Assembly: GCA_044892525.1 (NCBI GenBank)
Contig: CM097886.1
Location: 139,376,001 to 139,440,000, forward strand
Length of the DNA stretch: 64,000 bases
Reading direction: 5' to 3'
Origin: Schmidtea polychroa
Taxonomy: Eukaryota
Position numbers and translations under genes: made by a program. Below the pieces are notes generated by a model that did not search any database, was not told the DNA's origin, and worked only from the letters and a program-made list of their open reading frames with translations. This document shows, piece by piece, positions 23,456-34,376 of this stretch (position 1 is its first letter; each line of letters begins with the position of its first letter).

Positions 23456-26174
23456 TAAAATACTTACTAATTATTTTTTGTTGTTTTATTTTGTTTTAAT
23501 TTTTTTGGTGAAAATGTTTTATTTTGTAATTTTATTGAAAATGCTTAACAATTCTATTAGATTAAAAAAATTCTTTTTGGTTTAAAAAAATTAAATTAGA
23601 TGGGTAAATAAATTAATTTGGAAATAAAAAGATTTGAAAGTAAAAAAATAGTATTAGATTAGGAGGGGGAATAAATTCTGTACTCTCATCGGAACCACAC
23701 AGAGGTCTTTCCAGTTCTGCAGCCGAGGTATTCGTTCTTTCAGACATTTGTTGTAATTAAAATATCGAAATAACCCGAGGTGTAAATACTATACGGGTTG
23801 GCGTGCTGGTAAATTCTCTACCCTACCTGATCCATCGAATCAACAACAGTGGAATTTAATATTTCTAGTCACAGCATACATTGATATCTGACATCTGTAT
23901 CGAGTTTCTGATACAGAATGTGACCTTCCAAATCGATTCACTTGGTAATTTCATGCATCCGCTGAGTGGAAATCGACTAATTTCGTCGGCTAGTTGTTAT
24001 ATTATCACAATTTATGGAATCGAATAAAAAATGTCATTTACAGTGACTTGTTTCGTCGAAATCAACACTACTGTGTCACCAATGTCTGAGTTCTGAGCTG
24101 TTTTCACGCAATCGTCGAACCATTGTCACATATATCATTTGAAATTTATGACTTTGATTTGGAGAACCATGGTATTCTGGATTCGTAAGTTGTCTATTGT
24201 TTAGCTATTGTATGTTTAAGAAATTTCGAATAGGTGGTTTCTACAGTTGCGTGTCGTGTTGATTGATTCTAATTGATCTTGCTCGGAATATTGATATTTT
24301 ATTTTAGGATTTTGTTTACCGAATATAAATTCATTGACTTTTTTTTGTTACAATGGACTATCGTGAGAGCTGACATTTTGATGTGATTTAATCGAATGTA
24401 TTGCTTTACGAGAAAATGAACTTAAAAAATGATACAAATTTATTGTGCAAATTTTTTCACCTTGCGTATCGAAAATCCAAATTTTCTATATGTAAAGAAA
24501 GTTCAATACCGTCTTTCAAATTTATCTTTAAGCAGTTAAATTAACAAAATTTAGTAGTTAGTTTTCTTCTTATGATGTTGTCTCGTCTTTTGTTATTATT
24601 TGGTATTTTTACTTGTTTTGGATTTTTAGTCGACTTAGGGCTATATCTGTGTGCTGTTTTTGTGCCTTCGGATCATAAGTCACATTTATTTGGGTATAAA
24701 ATCAAATTTTACCTAACAATATGTTGACGCCTGGGAAATGGACCTTCATTTTTTCAAAACAGAAACGGAGTTTCCCGAAATAGCTTTTTAAAATAGCTGA
24801 ATATCTTTTCAATACCTGCCCACAATTCGAATGTGGAACGTATATTTTTGCATATGAATACCAAATGGTTGAATGAAAGAAACCGATTATTGCCGAAACA
24901 GTCGAGACAATATTAAAATGTATAGTTAATTTTGATTTTAATTTTGACATTTGGCTTTGTTTTGTTTGATTTTGAGTCTGGGGATATTCCCCGTTTACCA
25001 ATACCTAGTGCTGTTTAAGATAAGGTAGTTTAGGTATTATATTAGGTATGTAATTTACTAAAAGTCGAATTAATTACAATTTGCCTACTTTCCCGACTAC
25101 ACTGTAATAGGTACGATAGGCCCTATTGTTATGTGACCATCAGTTGACATTTTTAATTACCATTATTTTGCTTGTCCCCAAAGTCGTAACGACTATGCCA
25201 ACTACCACTGGGGAGATTACCCCACAACTTTATAGTTTGCACCAGGTAGTTTTTGGCGTCCTCTGGTATCCGAAATTTCATTTTATGTGCATGTCAGGTC
25301 ATGGACCTGCAGTCATTGAGGGTTGTGGACCCAACAATTGTTGGGCTGGAATTGAATTCTAAACCCAAATCTTGAAAAATGTGACGAAATGTGGCGGTAC
25401 ATAAAACACATCTAGCATTAAGTTTATTTAAATAGAAAATATGTAACATCAAATAAACAATAATAATTAAAAGCAAAAATAAAAGAAAAAAAAACATCTA
25501 AACAAAAAAATAAAACAAGACACGATGCAAGAAGTACCACATGAAAATCGATTCAAATATAACAGAAAAGCACAAAAGTACAAAAACGAACTCGAATGAA
25601 GTCGAAACTATATTCCATATATATGTCATAAAAAGGATATGTACCACACTAGTAAAAATTAAAAAGGGAAAAGTTGTTTACTTATAACACTCATAATATG
25701 TGCCAAACGAATACTAAAAAAGGAAAATTTCTTTTAATAAAATTCTCTACAAAGTTTAATCTCGAATTTTATGATTAAAGAAATATAAGTTTGATATGTA
25801 TATAAGTGCAATTTTATTTACATTGATTGAAATACAACCTTCAGTACACCAAATCATGAAGTAGTGAAATGGGTAACATACTTACCACATACAGGCGCAA
25901 ATTGATAGTTTATTTATTGATTAAATATTTTTTTGTTATCGATTTTCTATTTTTAAACAAAAGGAATTTAAAAAATAGGCAAGTAATCAATTTGTACTAT
26001 TAATAGTAACACGCCCTTCACCAAATATCAGCCCTAAGCTTAGAGACATCGAGTATACACTCTTTCCCATCTCTAATAAATTACCTAACATCCAAATTTC
26101 GATGCAATAAAACGGACCAAGGAACCCCCCAGGCCGGTACTTCATCGAGCGAGTCAATCTACAATACGGCCCAA

Positions 26175-26574
26175 GTGGAGGTCAAAAGTCAAATTAGTCT
26201 CGACGAGAATGAAGAACTCACTCGTCTGCGAACGCGATGGATGTGGTATTGTATCCATGACTGGATACCAGAACGTAGTCCCGGTGGAACCCTACATCAA
26301 CCATACGAAGCAGGCGTTGATGAGGGCCTTCCACGACGTCAAAGCGGCCCTGGATCGGCTACAAAGACTGGAAACCGAGACTCTAGCCGGTGAATTGGAA
26401 GATCCCAATGGGTACGCTAAGTCGCAATGTTATCCGGAAAGGACCACCGCCATCCGGCGTGGCGTGGATCGCCACAGAAGTTTACAGCGTGAGCGGCAGA
26501 GCGCCATGACGAATACTCCCAGGAGACGGGGACGCCCCCGGAAGACTCCCATCAACCAATCAGCCGCATTGTGA
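26175..26574 (+). CDS. Orphan coiled-coil/AT-hook protein in two overlapping frames (probably frameshifted)
   Basis: LTRLRTRWMWYCIHDW (frame A), then LMRAFHDVKAALDRLQRLETETLAG...RRRGRPRK (frame B); homologous to 46883-47240. Confidence 0.5.
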
Positions 26575-26611
26575 TCAGCTGTACATTTTAGACGGTTCTG
26601 ATACCGTTGTC

Positions 26612-27755
26612 AGTAGTAGGATGTGAGCTCCCCAGACCATGTCCCCTCCAGATCACATATACCCCCTCCCCCCCCCCCCGGGAAAAAATTTTATTTTTTT
26701 TTTAGAACGATGCCTAATATTTTTAGAACTATTACGTAATCAATGCCTAATATTTTTAGAACGATGCCTAATATTTTTAGAACTATTACGTAATTTTTTT
26801 TAAATTAAGTGATCCAGCGGGGACCTACTTTTTTTCTTCCCAAAAGTAATGTTCCCGCCAACAAATTTTATTAACCGATACCTCATCTTCAAGCTCAGTC
26901 CAAGACCTTTCGAATGAGCTATAGGTATCTTATATATCTTTAATAGTTTTAATGTTATTAACAATTGATGACCACCATCTTTTCAACGTTAAATTATTAT
27001 TATTTTTCAAAATATTATTAAGTGATCCAGCGGGGACCTACTTTTTTTCATCCCAAAAATTATTGTTCCCGCCAACATATTATATTGATCGATAGCTTAT
27101 TTTAAAGCTCTGTGCAAGAACTTTCTAATGAGATATAGATTTTTTATCATACGATGACTCATCACATTTTTAGAACAAAGACAATGACTCATCACATTTT
27201 TAGAATGATGTCTAATATTTTAGAATGATGCCAAATATTTTTAGAACGATGTCTATTATTTTTAGAATGATGTCTAATATTTTAGAATGATGCCTAATAT
27301 TTTTAGAACGATTACGTCATACTTTTAGAACGATGCCTAATATTTTTAGAACGATGCCTAATATTTTTAGAACTATTACGTAATCGATGTCTAATATTTT
27401 TAGAACGATGCCAAATATTTTTAGAACGATGCCAAATATTTTTAGAACGATGCCAAATATTTTTAGAGCGATTACGTAATACTTTTAGAACGATGCCTAA
27501 TATTTTTAGAACGATGCCTAATATTTTTAGAACGATGCCTAATATTTTTAGAACGATGCCAATTATTTTTAGAATGATTACATCATACTTTTAGAACGAT
27601 GTCTAATATTTTTAGAATTAATAATTTTGTTTTAATTATCGATGATTATATAATTTGTTTAAATCATTGATTATATAATTCTTTTGTTTTAATTATAGAA
27701 TACGTAATAATATAATTTTGTTTAAATCGTTGATTACATATTATTATTTTCTAAG

Positions 27756-27803
<48 letters not shown>

Positions 27804-27966
27804 CATATATATACAGAGTCTATCCGACAAAATATTCTGTCCCCCTAAGGGTACTGCACACAAATGTACTACTCACACTCAACAAGTCACAAGGGTACTG
27901 TTCACAAAATTACTTGTAAAAATATTCAAGACAAAACTTTCTAAATTCTAAATATTATTCTTTAAA
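26612..27966 (+). repeat. Maverick left TIR (~1355 bp)
   Basis: Reverse complement of 41381-42623. Contains a C-run, a ~210-bp internal duplication, ~21-bp TTTTAGAACGATGCCTAATAT tandem units and (ATT)n. Confidence 0.95.
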
Positions 27967-27972
27967 TATTCA

Positions 27973-28331
27973 CTAAAATTTATTAACACATTCACATTCA
28001 TCATCTCCACAGTTCATAACATTTTCAACAACATGATCTATACAATCCCTATATACACACGGTTCAGTATCCGTAAATTCCTCCATAGGTTCATCAATTT
28101 CTTGAATGCTTTCCTCATCATCTTGAGTGTTTTCTTCATCTGTTTCATCAAATTCCGAATCTTCACTCTCTGCTACCCAGCCGATATTTAATGCGTTTGT
28201 AACAGATAATATGTCCTCAATTTTCACACCAGATATTTCTGCTAACTTTTCCAATAAAAAGTTTATTATAAATTCTAAATATTAAATAATTCGATAATTA
28301 ACTAATCATATTAACCTTTTTCTGTAGTCAT
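27973..28331 (-). CDS. Small acidic Maverick protein, two exons (28331-28316, 28274-27973)
   Basis: ATGACTACAGAAAAAG|gt..41 bp..ag|AATTT gives MTTEKEFIINFLLEKLAEISG..., supplying an ATG that the ORF otherwise lacks. C-terminal DCIDH...CGDDECEC. Confidence 0.65.
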
Positions 28332-28427
28332 TATTAGTATTTTAAAACTATAGTATATATTTGTTTATAGAAAATATAGAATATAAGCGAAAACAAATAA
28401 GACTAAATACATTTATTAAATACAACA

Positions 28428-28847
28428 TTAAAATAACTGTGAAAGTCTAGCAGACATAATTTTCCAAATTGGAGAATACACATCATTATTATCAACTTTA
28501 TATCCTTGGATTGTAATTGTTATATACCAATTTTCGTTTTCTTTGAAACTGATTTCATCAAAGGAATCATAAAATTTTGCATATCGGTTGTTGAAAAATG
28601 CATTTTGATTGCATGATAGATTCGTATTCAACCTTTTGAAAACATCATCTATGGTTTTAATATCTAACATTGAAAGCGTGCCGGTTAAGAATTGAAATTG
28701 GGTAGGAATTAGCTTGATCGGTGACACCAATTTCATATTGATTTCTTCTTTTAAAAAATACATTTTGTAGTTGTGGAACATTTGAACAGGTTGTACAAGT
28801 TCTGGAACTACTTTTGGTTTTTCAGTGCTTGAAATTTTCTTGGTCAT
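28428..28847 (-). CDS. 139-aa Maverick accessory protein of unknown function
   Basis: Clean ATG-TAA ORF between two co-oriented genes. Confidence 0.7.
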   Translation of the reverse strand: MTKKISSTEKPKVVPELVQPVQMFHNYKMYFLKEEINMKLVSPIKLIPTQFQFLTGTLSMLDIKTIDDVFKRLNTNLSCNQNAFFNNRYAKFYDSFDEISFKENENWYITITIQGYKVDNNDVYSPIWKIMSARLSQLF

Positions 28848-28955
28848 TGTGAATTATGATTAAAATGAAATGGTACAGGGTTTTTATACCTATGACTATT
28901 GTTTATCATCCAATCAGATTGCAGTATGTTTTTGTTTTAATTGAATGATAAATAA

Positions 28956-29420
28956 TTAATTAAGTGATAATAAAAAATCTAAAAATTCTTTTCCTTCAAT
29001 TATTGATTTAATTTCAGATATGATATTATCAACTATACATTTGTAATCAATATTTTTTATTCCAAGAATTACTATCTTACCACTAGCGAATATATTTACA
29101 CACATAGGGTTATATTTTATATATCTCAAAGCTGGAAATAATTCTGGTTCATAAAAGCATGGTATTAATTTAGCTAATTTATTTAAATTACAAGAAAAAC
29201 CTATATCGGAAGTTACGGTTATCGATTGTATTTCTAAATCATAAACATTATATTCACTAGCTTTGATTATTTCCTTACACCCCATAATTCTACATTTACC
29301 AGTTTTGAAATATATTATTGGATATTTATTACTTCTATTGATAAGTTGTTGTGGTTTCCCTATTGGAAATACCATTTTTGATACATCAGTTTTTGCCCTG
29401 TAATTTATATTTGAAAGCAT
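28956..29420 (-). CDS. TATA-binding-protein-like protein, 154 aa
   Basis: IQSITVTSDIGFSCNLNKL...YEPELFPAL...NIFASGKIVILGIK matches TBP repeat 2 (IQN....DV.FPIRLE.L...YEPELFPGL...LIFVSGKVVLTGAK). IIYFKTGKCRIMGCK matches the end of repeat 1. Confidence 0.85.
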   Translation of the reverse strand: MLSNINYRAKTDVSKMVFPIGKPQQLINRSNKYPIIYFKTGKCRIMGCKEIIKASEYNVYDLEIQSITVTSDIGFSCNLNKLAKLIPCFYEPELFPALRYIKYNPMCVNIFASGKIVILGIKNIDYKCIVDNIISEIKSIIEGKEFLDFLLSLN

Positions 29421-29524
29421 TTTAATGAAATAATTTTAAAAACTTTGATATATATAGGTATTTAAAAACAGAGTTCATTTAAATTATCAATATAAACAAT
29501 AATTATATAGTTTAAATTTAAAAA

Positions 29525-30163
29525 ATGGAATTACGAAATGATGCAGTATACCAAATCGTTGGTCCAAGTGGTAGCGGGAAAACTTTATTTGTTTGTAAAT
29601 TACTAAAATCAAATTTGTTTAAAACAAAATTCAACAATATTTATTGGCATAGGGGCGCCGACGAAGAACACGGATTGACGCAATCAAGTTTCTGTCAGTT
29701 GAAAAACATGAAAATAGTAAAGGGCTTTGATAAAAACTGGTCAAGTCGTTTGAAGAAAGATGATGTCATCATTATCGATGATTTGTATCAAGAAGCCAAT
29801 AAAGAAAAGGACTTTAATAATTTATTCACAAAAATCAGCAGACATGTTGGTGTAACAGTTATTTTCATAACACAAAATCTATTTCATCAAGGTGGTGCAC
29901 ATCGAACACGTAATTTAAATGTACAATATTTAGTTATTTTCAAGAATCCTAGAGATGCAACTGTCATTGATTTTCTTGGACGACAAGCATACCCTAATAA
30001 CCGTAATTTTCTTATCAATGCATTTCAAGATGCTACGAAAATACCGCATGGGTATATATTTCTCGATTTCACACAACAATGCCCTGATGATATACGGGTA
30101 AAAACAGATATTTTCAACCCAAAAGGTGCCATGGTATATAAACAAAGTTCAAAACAAAGTTGA
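29525..30163 (+). CDS. Genome-packaging ATPase (A32/FtsK-like)
   Basis: Walker A GPSGSGKT, Walker B VIIIDD, FTKISRH, ITQNLF, RTRNLN, PHGYIFLD. Confidence 0.93.
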   Translation: MELRNDAVYQIVGPSGSGKTLFVCKLLKSNLFKTKFNNIYWHRGADEEHGLTQSSFCQLKNMKIVKGFDKNWSSRLKKDDVIIIDDLYQEANKEKDFNNLFTKISRHVGVTVIFITQNLFHQGGAHRTRNLNVQYLVIFKNPRDATVIDFLGRQAYPNNRNFLINAFQDATKIPHGYIFLDFTQQCPDDIRVKTDIFNPKGAMVYKQSSKQS

Positions 30164-30176
30164 AAACATATAAATC

Positions 30177-30671
30177 ATGTTTTCAAAAACAAGGATATCG
30201 GGTAAAAAACAACCAAAAGTTCCACCAACAACTAGTTATACTCCATCTAAAGAACTTATTACAGAAAATTTTCCTGCAATGAATCTTATTTCGAAAAATC
30301 CTAAACCTAAACCAAAAAGTAAAACCACTAAGAAAGTAAAAGTTGTTAAAAATCATCGGAGTTTCCCGTTTTTCAATACATTGTTAAAGGCACCAAGTAT
30401 GAAAAGAAACAGTATTTTGCAATCTTTTCCAAATTATGTTGTCGATGATTTACTCGATATTATACTTAAAGTAGTCAAAGGCAAGATTAAAATCAGTAAA
30501 TCTAAAAAGCAATTATTGAGTAAACATAGGAAACCTTTGCTATCATTAGTAAATAATAAAAATCGTCAACAAATGAGAAAAATTATATATAAACAACAAG
30601 GGGGATTTATCGGTGCATTGATACCTTTAGCAATATCATTATTAGGTGGAATAATAGGAAGTCGATCATAA
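30177..30671 (+). CDS. Basic virion/core protein with C-terminal QQGG-FIGALIP amphipathic tail
   Basis: Lys-rich; ends KQQGGFIGALIPLAISLLGGIIG, resembling the adenovirus pX GG-hydrophobic tail seen in Polinton accessory structural ORFs. Confidence 0.7.
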   Translation: MFSKTRISGKKQPKVPPTTSYTPSKELITENFPAMNLISKNPKPKPKSKTTKKVKVVKNHRSFPFFNTLLKAPSMKRNSILQSFPNYVVDDLLDIILKVVKGKIKISKSKKQLLSKHRKPLLSLVNNKNRQQMRKIIYKQQGGFIGALIPLAISLLGGIIGSRS

Positions 30672-30732
30672 ACAATGGGTGCTAATCCTTCATTACCAGA
30701 CATTAAATTTAATATTAAATCTTCTTGTTGTA

Positions 30733-31788
30733 ATGGAGAAGATTTGGACGAACCCAGAAGACGAAGCCGGTTTCGGTGGAGTGGCAAAATTAAGGAAAAG
30801 AGTTCCGAATTCGAAAAAGGAAACTCAGAAGTGGTTATCAGACCAGCTTGCGTACAGTTTGAACAAACCAATGCAGAAACGATTCCCAACAAGAGCATAT
30901 AAAACATATGGAATAAATGATTTATGGCAAATGGATTTGATGGAGATGATACCCTATTCTAAAATTAACAATGGGTATAAATATATTTTAACCTGTATTG
31001 ATGTATTCAGTCGGTTTGCCCGAGCAATACCCGTCAATGCAAAATCTGCAGATGAAATGTCCAAAGCTGTTAATCATTTATTTAAAGATGGACATCCTAA
31101 AAACTTGCAAACTGATTTAGGTATTAATATTATTATTTTTATTATTATTATTATTATTTTAGGTAAAGAATTCTACAACAGTAAAGTCAAGCAAATCCTC
31201 AATAAATTGAAAATAAACCATTACTCAGTACATTCTCAATACAAAGCTGCTCATGTTGAAAGATTTAACCGAACTTTGAGAGATAGATTAAAGAAATTAT
31301 TCGTGCATCAAGGTAATAAAAAATGGGTATTGGTTTTACCAAAAATAATAACCAGTTATAATCACTCATCACATCAAGGACTGAATGGATTAAGGCCGAT
31401 TGATATCACGTCAAAAACAATCTATTCTAAAAAACCTGAAAAAATTACAAAACTGAAATATAAAGTAGGTGACCATGTTAGAATTAGTAAAATTAGTGCA
31501 TCACCATTTATTAAAAATTTCGATACAAATTGGAGTGATGAAGTCTTTGTAATTTCAAAAATAAATACTAAACAGAATCCTGTAATGTATGTCATCAAAG
31601 ATAATGATAACAATATTGTACAAGGAAAATTTTATGAGCAGGAATTACAAGTTATTCCTCCCCCAAAAGTATTTAGAATTCAGAAGATTTTGAAAACTAA
31701 AAATAAAGGCAAGGATAAACAATACTATGTCAAATGGCATGGTTATCAAAACCCATCATGGATATCAGAAAAGGATCTAGTAAAGTGA
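30733..31788 (+). CDS. Retroviral-like integrase with C-terminal chromodomain and a predicted 42-bp intron (31121-31162)
   Basis: GFGGVAKL, WQMDL, LTCIDVFSR, LQTDLG|KEF, VERFNRTL, YYVKWHGY...SWI. Likely start is ATG 30733. Confidence 0.95.
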   Translation: MEKIWTNPEDEAGFGGVAKLRKRVPNSKKETQKWLSDQLAYSLNKPMQKRFPTRAYKTYGINDLWQMDLMEMIPYSKINNGYKYILTCIDVFSRFARAIPVNAKSADEMSKAVNHLFKDGHPKNLQTDLGINIIIFIIIIIILGKEFYNSKVKQILNKLKINHYSVHSQYKAAHVERFNRTLRDRLKKLFVHQGNKKWVLVLPKIITSYNHSSHQGLNGLRPIDITSKTIYSKKPEKITKLKYKVGDHVRISKISASPFIKNFDTNWSDEVFVISKINTKQNPVMYVIKDNDNNIVQGKFYEQELQVIPPPKVFRIQKILKTKNKGKDKQYYVKWHGYQNPSWISEKDLVK

Positions 31789-32801
31789 ATTTTTATACTA
31801 TTTTACCAAGCAATAGTTGCCCGCTTATTCATCCAGATAATCAAGCCAGTAAATTCATGGTCAATCTCCAGAATCCGATTTCTTTAAATGGTGACTGGGA
31901 AGTTGCACTGCAAGATTTTACATTCGTGTACAATACATTCCCATTTTATAGTCAATGTAAGATTGATTTCAAAAGGAATGCTATGAAAACATGTAGTGGT
32001 ATCTTTATTATCAGTAATTATGATAAAACATATCATATTCCGAATCAAATATTAGATCAGCATTGCACTATGTTTTACAAGGATGGATTAAATATCAGTT
32101 GTGATTTTAAACCATTTACAATAACATTCGAATATATTGAAGATGCCAGACGAATGGGTTGCAATAAGTTGAAAAATGAAGTTATGGAAACAGAATATTT
32201 ATTACGCTTTGATCTATTTGAAGCAAACAGTGTAATGAGAGAAGAAATCAAAATTTCAGTGTCGTATAATAATGAAGTTGAAGAATCATTCACCTTCGCT
32301 GACGAATTATATATTGATAAACTTGATGTGTTACTTAAATATTTAAAGTATAATTGTTCACACATATTTAAAAGTTTGGATATTGTGAAAGATTTGTTAT
32401 TTACCTTCAGTTTGAATGATGACATTTGCGAAGTTACATTTGATAAAAATTTGACAAATACACTTGGATTAGAGAAGCAGCAATATCGGGAAAAATCGGC
32501 TGGTATACGTAAACCAAGAATACTTGAACATCATCAACAAATGTTCATATATACTAATATTATTGAGCCTATAATAGTTGGTGATTCCAGTGTTCCTCTA
32601 TTGAAATCGGTGTGGATTGGAAAATATGAACATGATGAAGTTGTCAATATAAATATAGATAATCCCATGTATTTACCAATTTCAAGCTCATGTATAAACA
32701 ATATAGAAATAAATATTCGTGACGATAGTGGAAAACTTATAAACTTCCCAAAAGACTCAAAAACTCATTTGACACTACATTTTCGTAAAGTAGATGGCTA
32801 A
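31734..32801 (+). CDS. Minor capsid protein (penton)
   Basis: FYTILPSNS...FMVNLQNPISLNGDWEVAL and FIYTNIIEP.IVGD..VPLL...YLPI...IEINIRDDSGK...LTLHFRK. Exact start uncertain. Confidence 0.88.
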   Translation: MAWLSKPIMDIRKGSSKVNFYTILPSNSCPLIHPDNQASKFMVNLQNPISLNGDWEVALQDFTFVYNTFPFYSQCKIDFKRNAMKTCSGIFIISNYDKTYHIPNQILDQHCTMFYKDGLNISCDFKPFTITFEYIEDARRMGCNKLKNEVMETEYLLRFDLFEANSVMREEIKISVSYNNEVEESFTFADELYIDKLDVLLKYLKYNCSHIFKSLDIVKDLLFTFSLNDDICEVTFDKNLTNTLGLEKQQYREKSAGIRKPRILEHHQQMFIYTNIIEPIIVGDSSVPLLKSVWIGKYEHDEVVNINIDNPMYLPISSSCINNIEINIRDDSGKLINFPKDSKTHLTLHFRKVDG

Positions 32802-33156
32802 TTCCGATATTATTAGTATGTATAGTGATAGCCAATCTGGTGGTGAATTACCATATTTTATTGGTAAACAGTATGGATCAGGTTGGTTAAAAACAATAGG
32901 GAGATTTGCACTTCCCATTCTTAAACGTATTGGTAGTTTTGGCATGAAAACTGCAAAAGATGTGATTATGAATGAACAGAAAATATTACCATCCCTAAAA
33001 ACAAATGCTTTAGCTGAGTTAGGGAAGGTTCTACCTGGAGTTGCTGGTATGTTTCAAAAAGATACACCTCCAGTCCCAGCGCCAAAACGTAAAGGGCATG
33101 GAATATCGCGTATAAACAAACGAATGAAAGGACATGGAACTATATTTGCAAAATGA
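32794..33156 (+). CDS. Small Gly-rich amphipathic structural protein (PZ-type)
   Basis: QSGGELPYFIGKQYGSGWLKTIGRFALPILKRIG; overlaps both neighbours. Confidence 0.75.
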   Translation: MANSDIISMYSDSQSGGELPYFIGKQYGSGWLKTIGRFALPILKRIGSFGMKTAKDVIMNEQKILPSLKTNALAELGKVLPGVAGMFQKDTPPVPAPKRKGHGISRINKRMKGHGTIFAK

Positions 33157-34376
33157 TTTGTGGTAAATCCGAATTATGTATATTTGATAGACCGTCGCCC
33201 CAGGCAGTAATAGAATTTGGTGCCTTTGAGGAAGTTTTTCCTATGAATTCAATTACTGATAGTAGAAATGATATCGAGTTTTATATTAATGGTTCGGAAA
33301 CTGAATATTTAGATTTGAACGATACTTTATTGACTGTTCAGATCAAGGTTGTAGATAAAGATAGAAAGGTTTTGGATGCCAATGCGGATGTATTACCAAA
33401 CAATTTCATGTTTCATACTCTGTTTAAAGATGCAGTGTTGGGATTTAATAATATCAAGATTGAGGGTGGAAATAATACATTCATTCACAAGGCTTTGATA
33501 GAAACTATTTTAAATTACAATTCAGATACTAAAAATACCTGTCTTACACCTATGGGTTATGCAGCAGCAGATGATGAAAGAAAAAAGTGGGTTAAAGGTT
33601 CAAAAGTATTCACTATGTGCTCATCATTACAACTTGATTTTATGGATCAACCGAAATATTTACTACCGGGAGTTAATATACATATTAGACTGAAAAGATC
33701 TGATTCTGCATTGTCTCTTACTAGTGCAACTGGTGCACCAATATGTCAATTAGTTGATGCAAAATTATTGGTGAGAAGAGTTCGAGTAGACCCGTCAGTA
33801 TTAGCTGGTCATCAATTGGGGCTTAATTCAAAACATGCAATTTATCCTTTAAAAACAAAGGAAATTGTACAATTTGCTATTGCTAAAGGTGCTTCATCAT
33901 TCTATAAAGAACAAATATTTGGTGACAGAAGAATGCCTAATTTTATTCTGGTAACATTTCAAAGTGAAACGCAATATAATGGATCGTATACTGCTTCCAG
34001 CTCAATTTTCAAAAACTTTGGTGTTACTTCATTGACTTTGTCGAAAAATACTGATTATGGAGAAACATATATTCAAGATTTCGAGAATGATAATTACTGT
34101 GCGACATATATGCAGAGTATTGTTAGAAATCTGGGTTATTTAGATAAAAACTTGAATTGCGGAATAACTCTTGAAGAATTTAAAAGCAAATACCCATTTT
34201 TCACATTTGTTCTAGCTACCGATTTTGATTTAAATCAGAGTCAATTACCACAAAACGGGAATTTACGACTGGATATAAAGTTTGCAAAGGCCATTACTGA
34301 ACCAGTACATGTTATAATATATGGAGTATTTGAAAATGAAGTTCAAATTACTGCAAATAGAACCGTGCTAGTATAA
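33153..34376 (+). CDS. Major capsid protein (double jelly roll, hexon-like), 407 aa
   Basis: CGKSELCIF, IEFYINGSETEYLDLNDTLL, LQLDFMDQPKYLLPGV.I.I.L.R, QNGNLRLDIKFAK. Confidence 0.92.
   Translation: MICGKSELCIFDRPSPQAVIEFGAFEEVFPMNSITDSRNDIEFYINGSETEYLDLNDTLLTVQIKVVDKDRKVLDANADVLPNNFMFHTLFKDAVLGFNNIKIEGGNNTFIHKALIETILNYNSDTKNTCLTPMGYAAADDERKKWVKGSKVFTMCSSLQLDFMDQPKYLLPGVNIHIRLKRSDSALSLTSATGAPICQLVDAKLLVRRVRVDPSVLAGHQLGLNSKHAIYPLKTKEIVQFAIAKGASSFYKEQIFGDRRMPNFILVTFQSETQYNGSYTASSSIFKNFGVTSLTLSKNTDYGETYIQDFENDNYCATYMQSIVRNLGYLDKNLNCGITLEEFKSKYPFFTFVLATDFDLNQSQLPQNGNLRLDIKFAKAITEPVHVIIYGVFENEVQITANRTVLV

Noticed and set aside
27718-27951. Poly-Ile ORFs at 27718 and 41396
   Set aside because: Produced by (ATT)n inside the two TIRs.
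30675-30902. 75-aa ORF overlapping the integrase start
   Set aside because: Alternative frame with no motif; the integrase frame explains the sequence.
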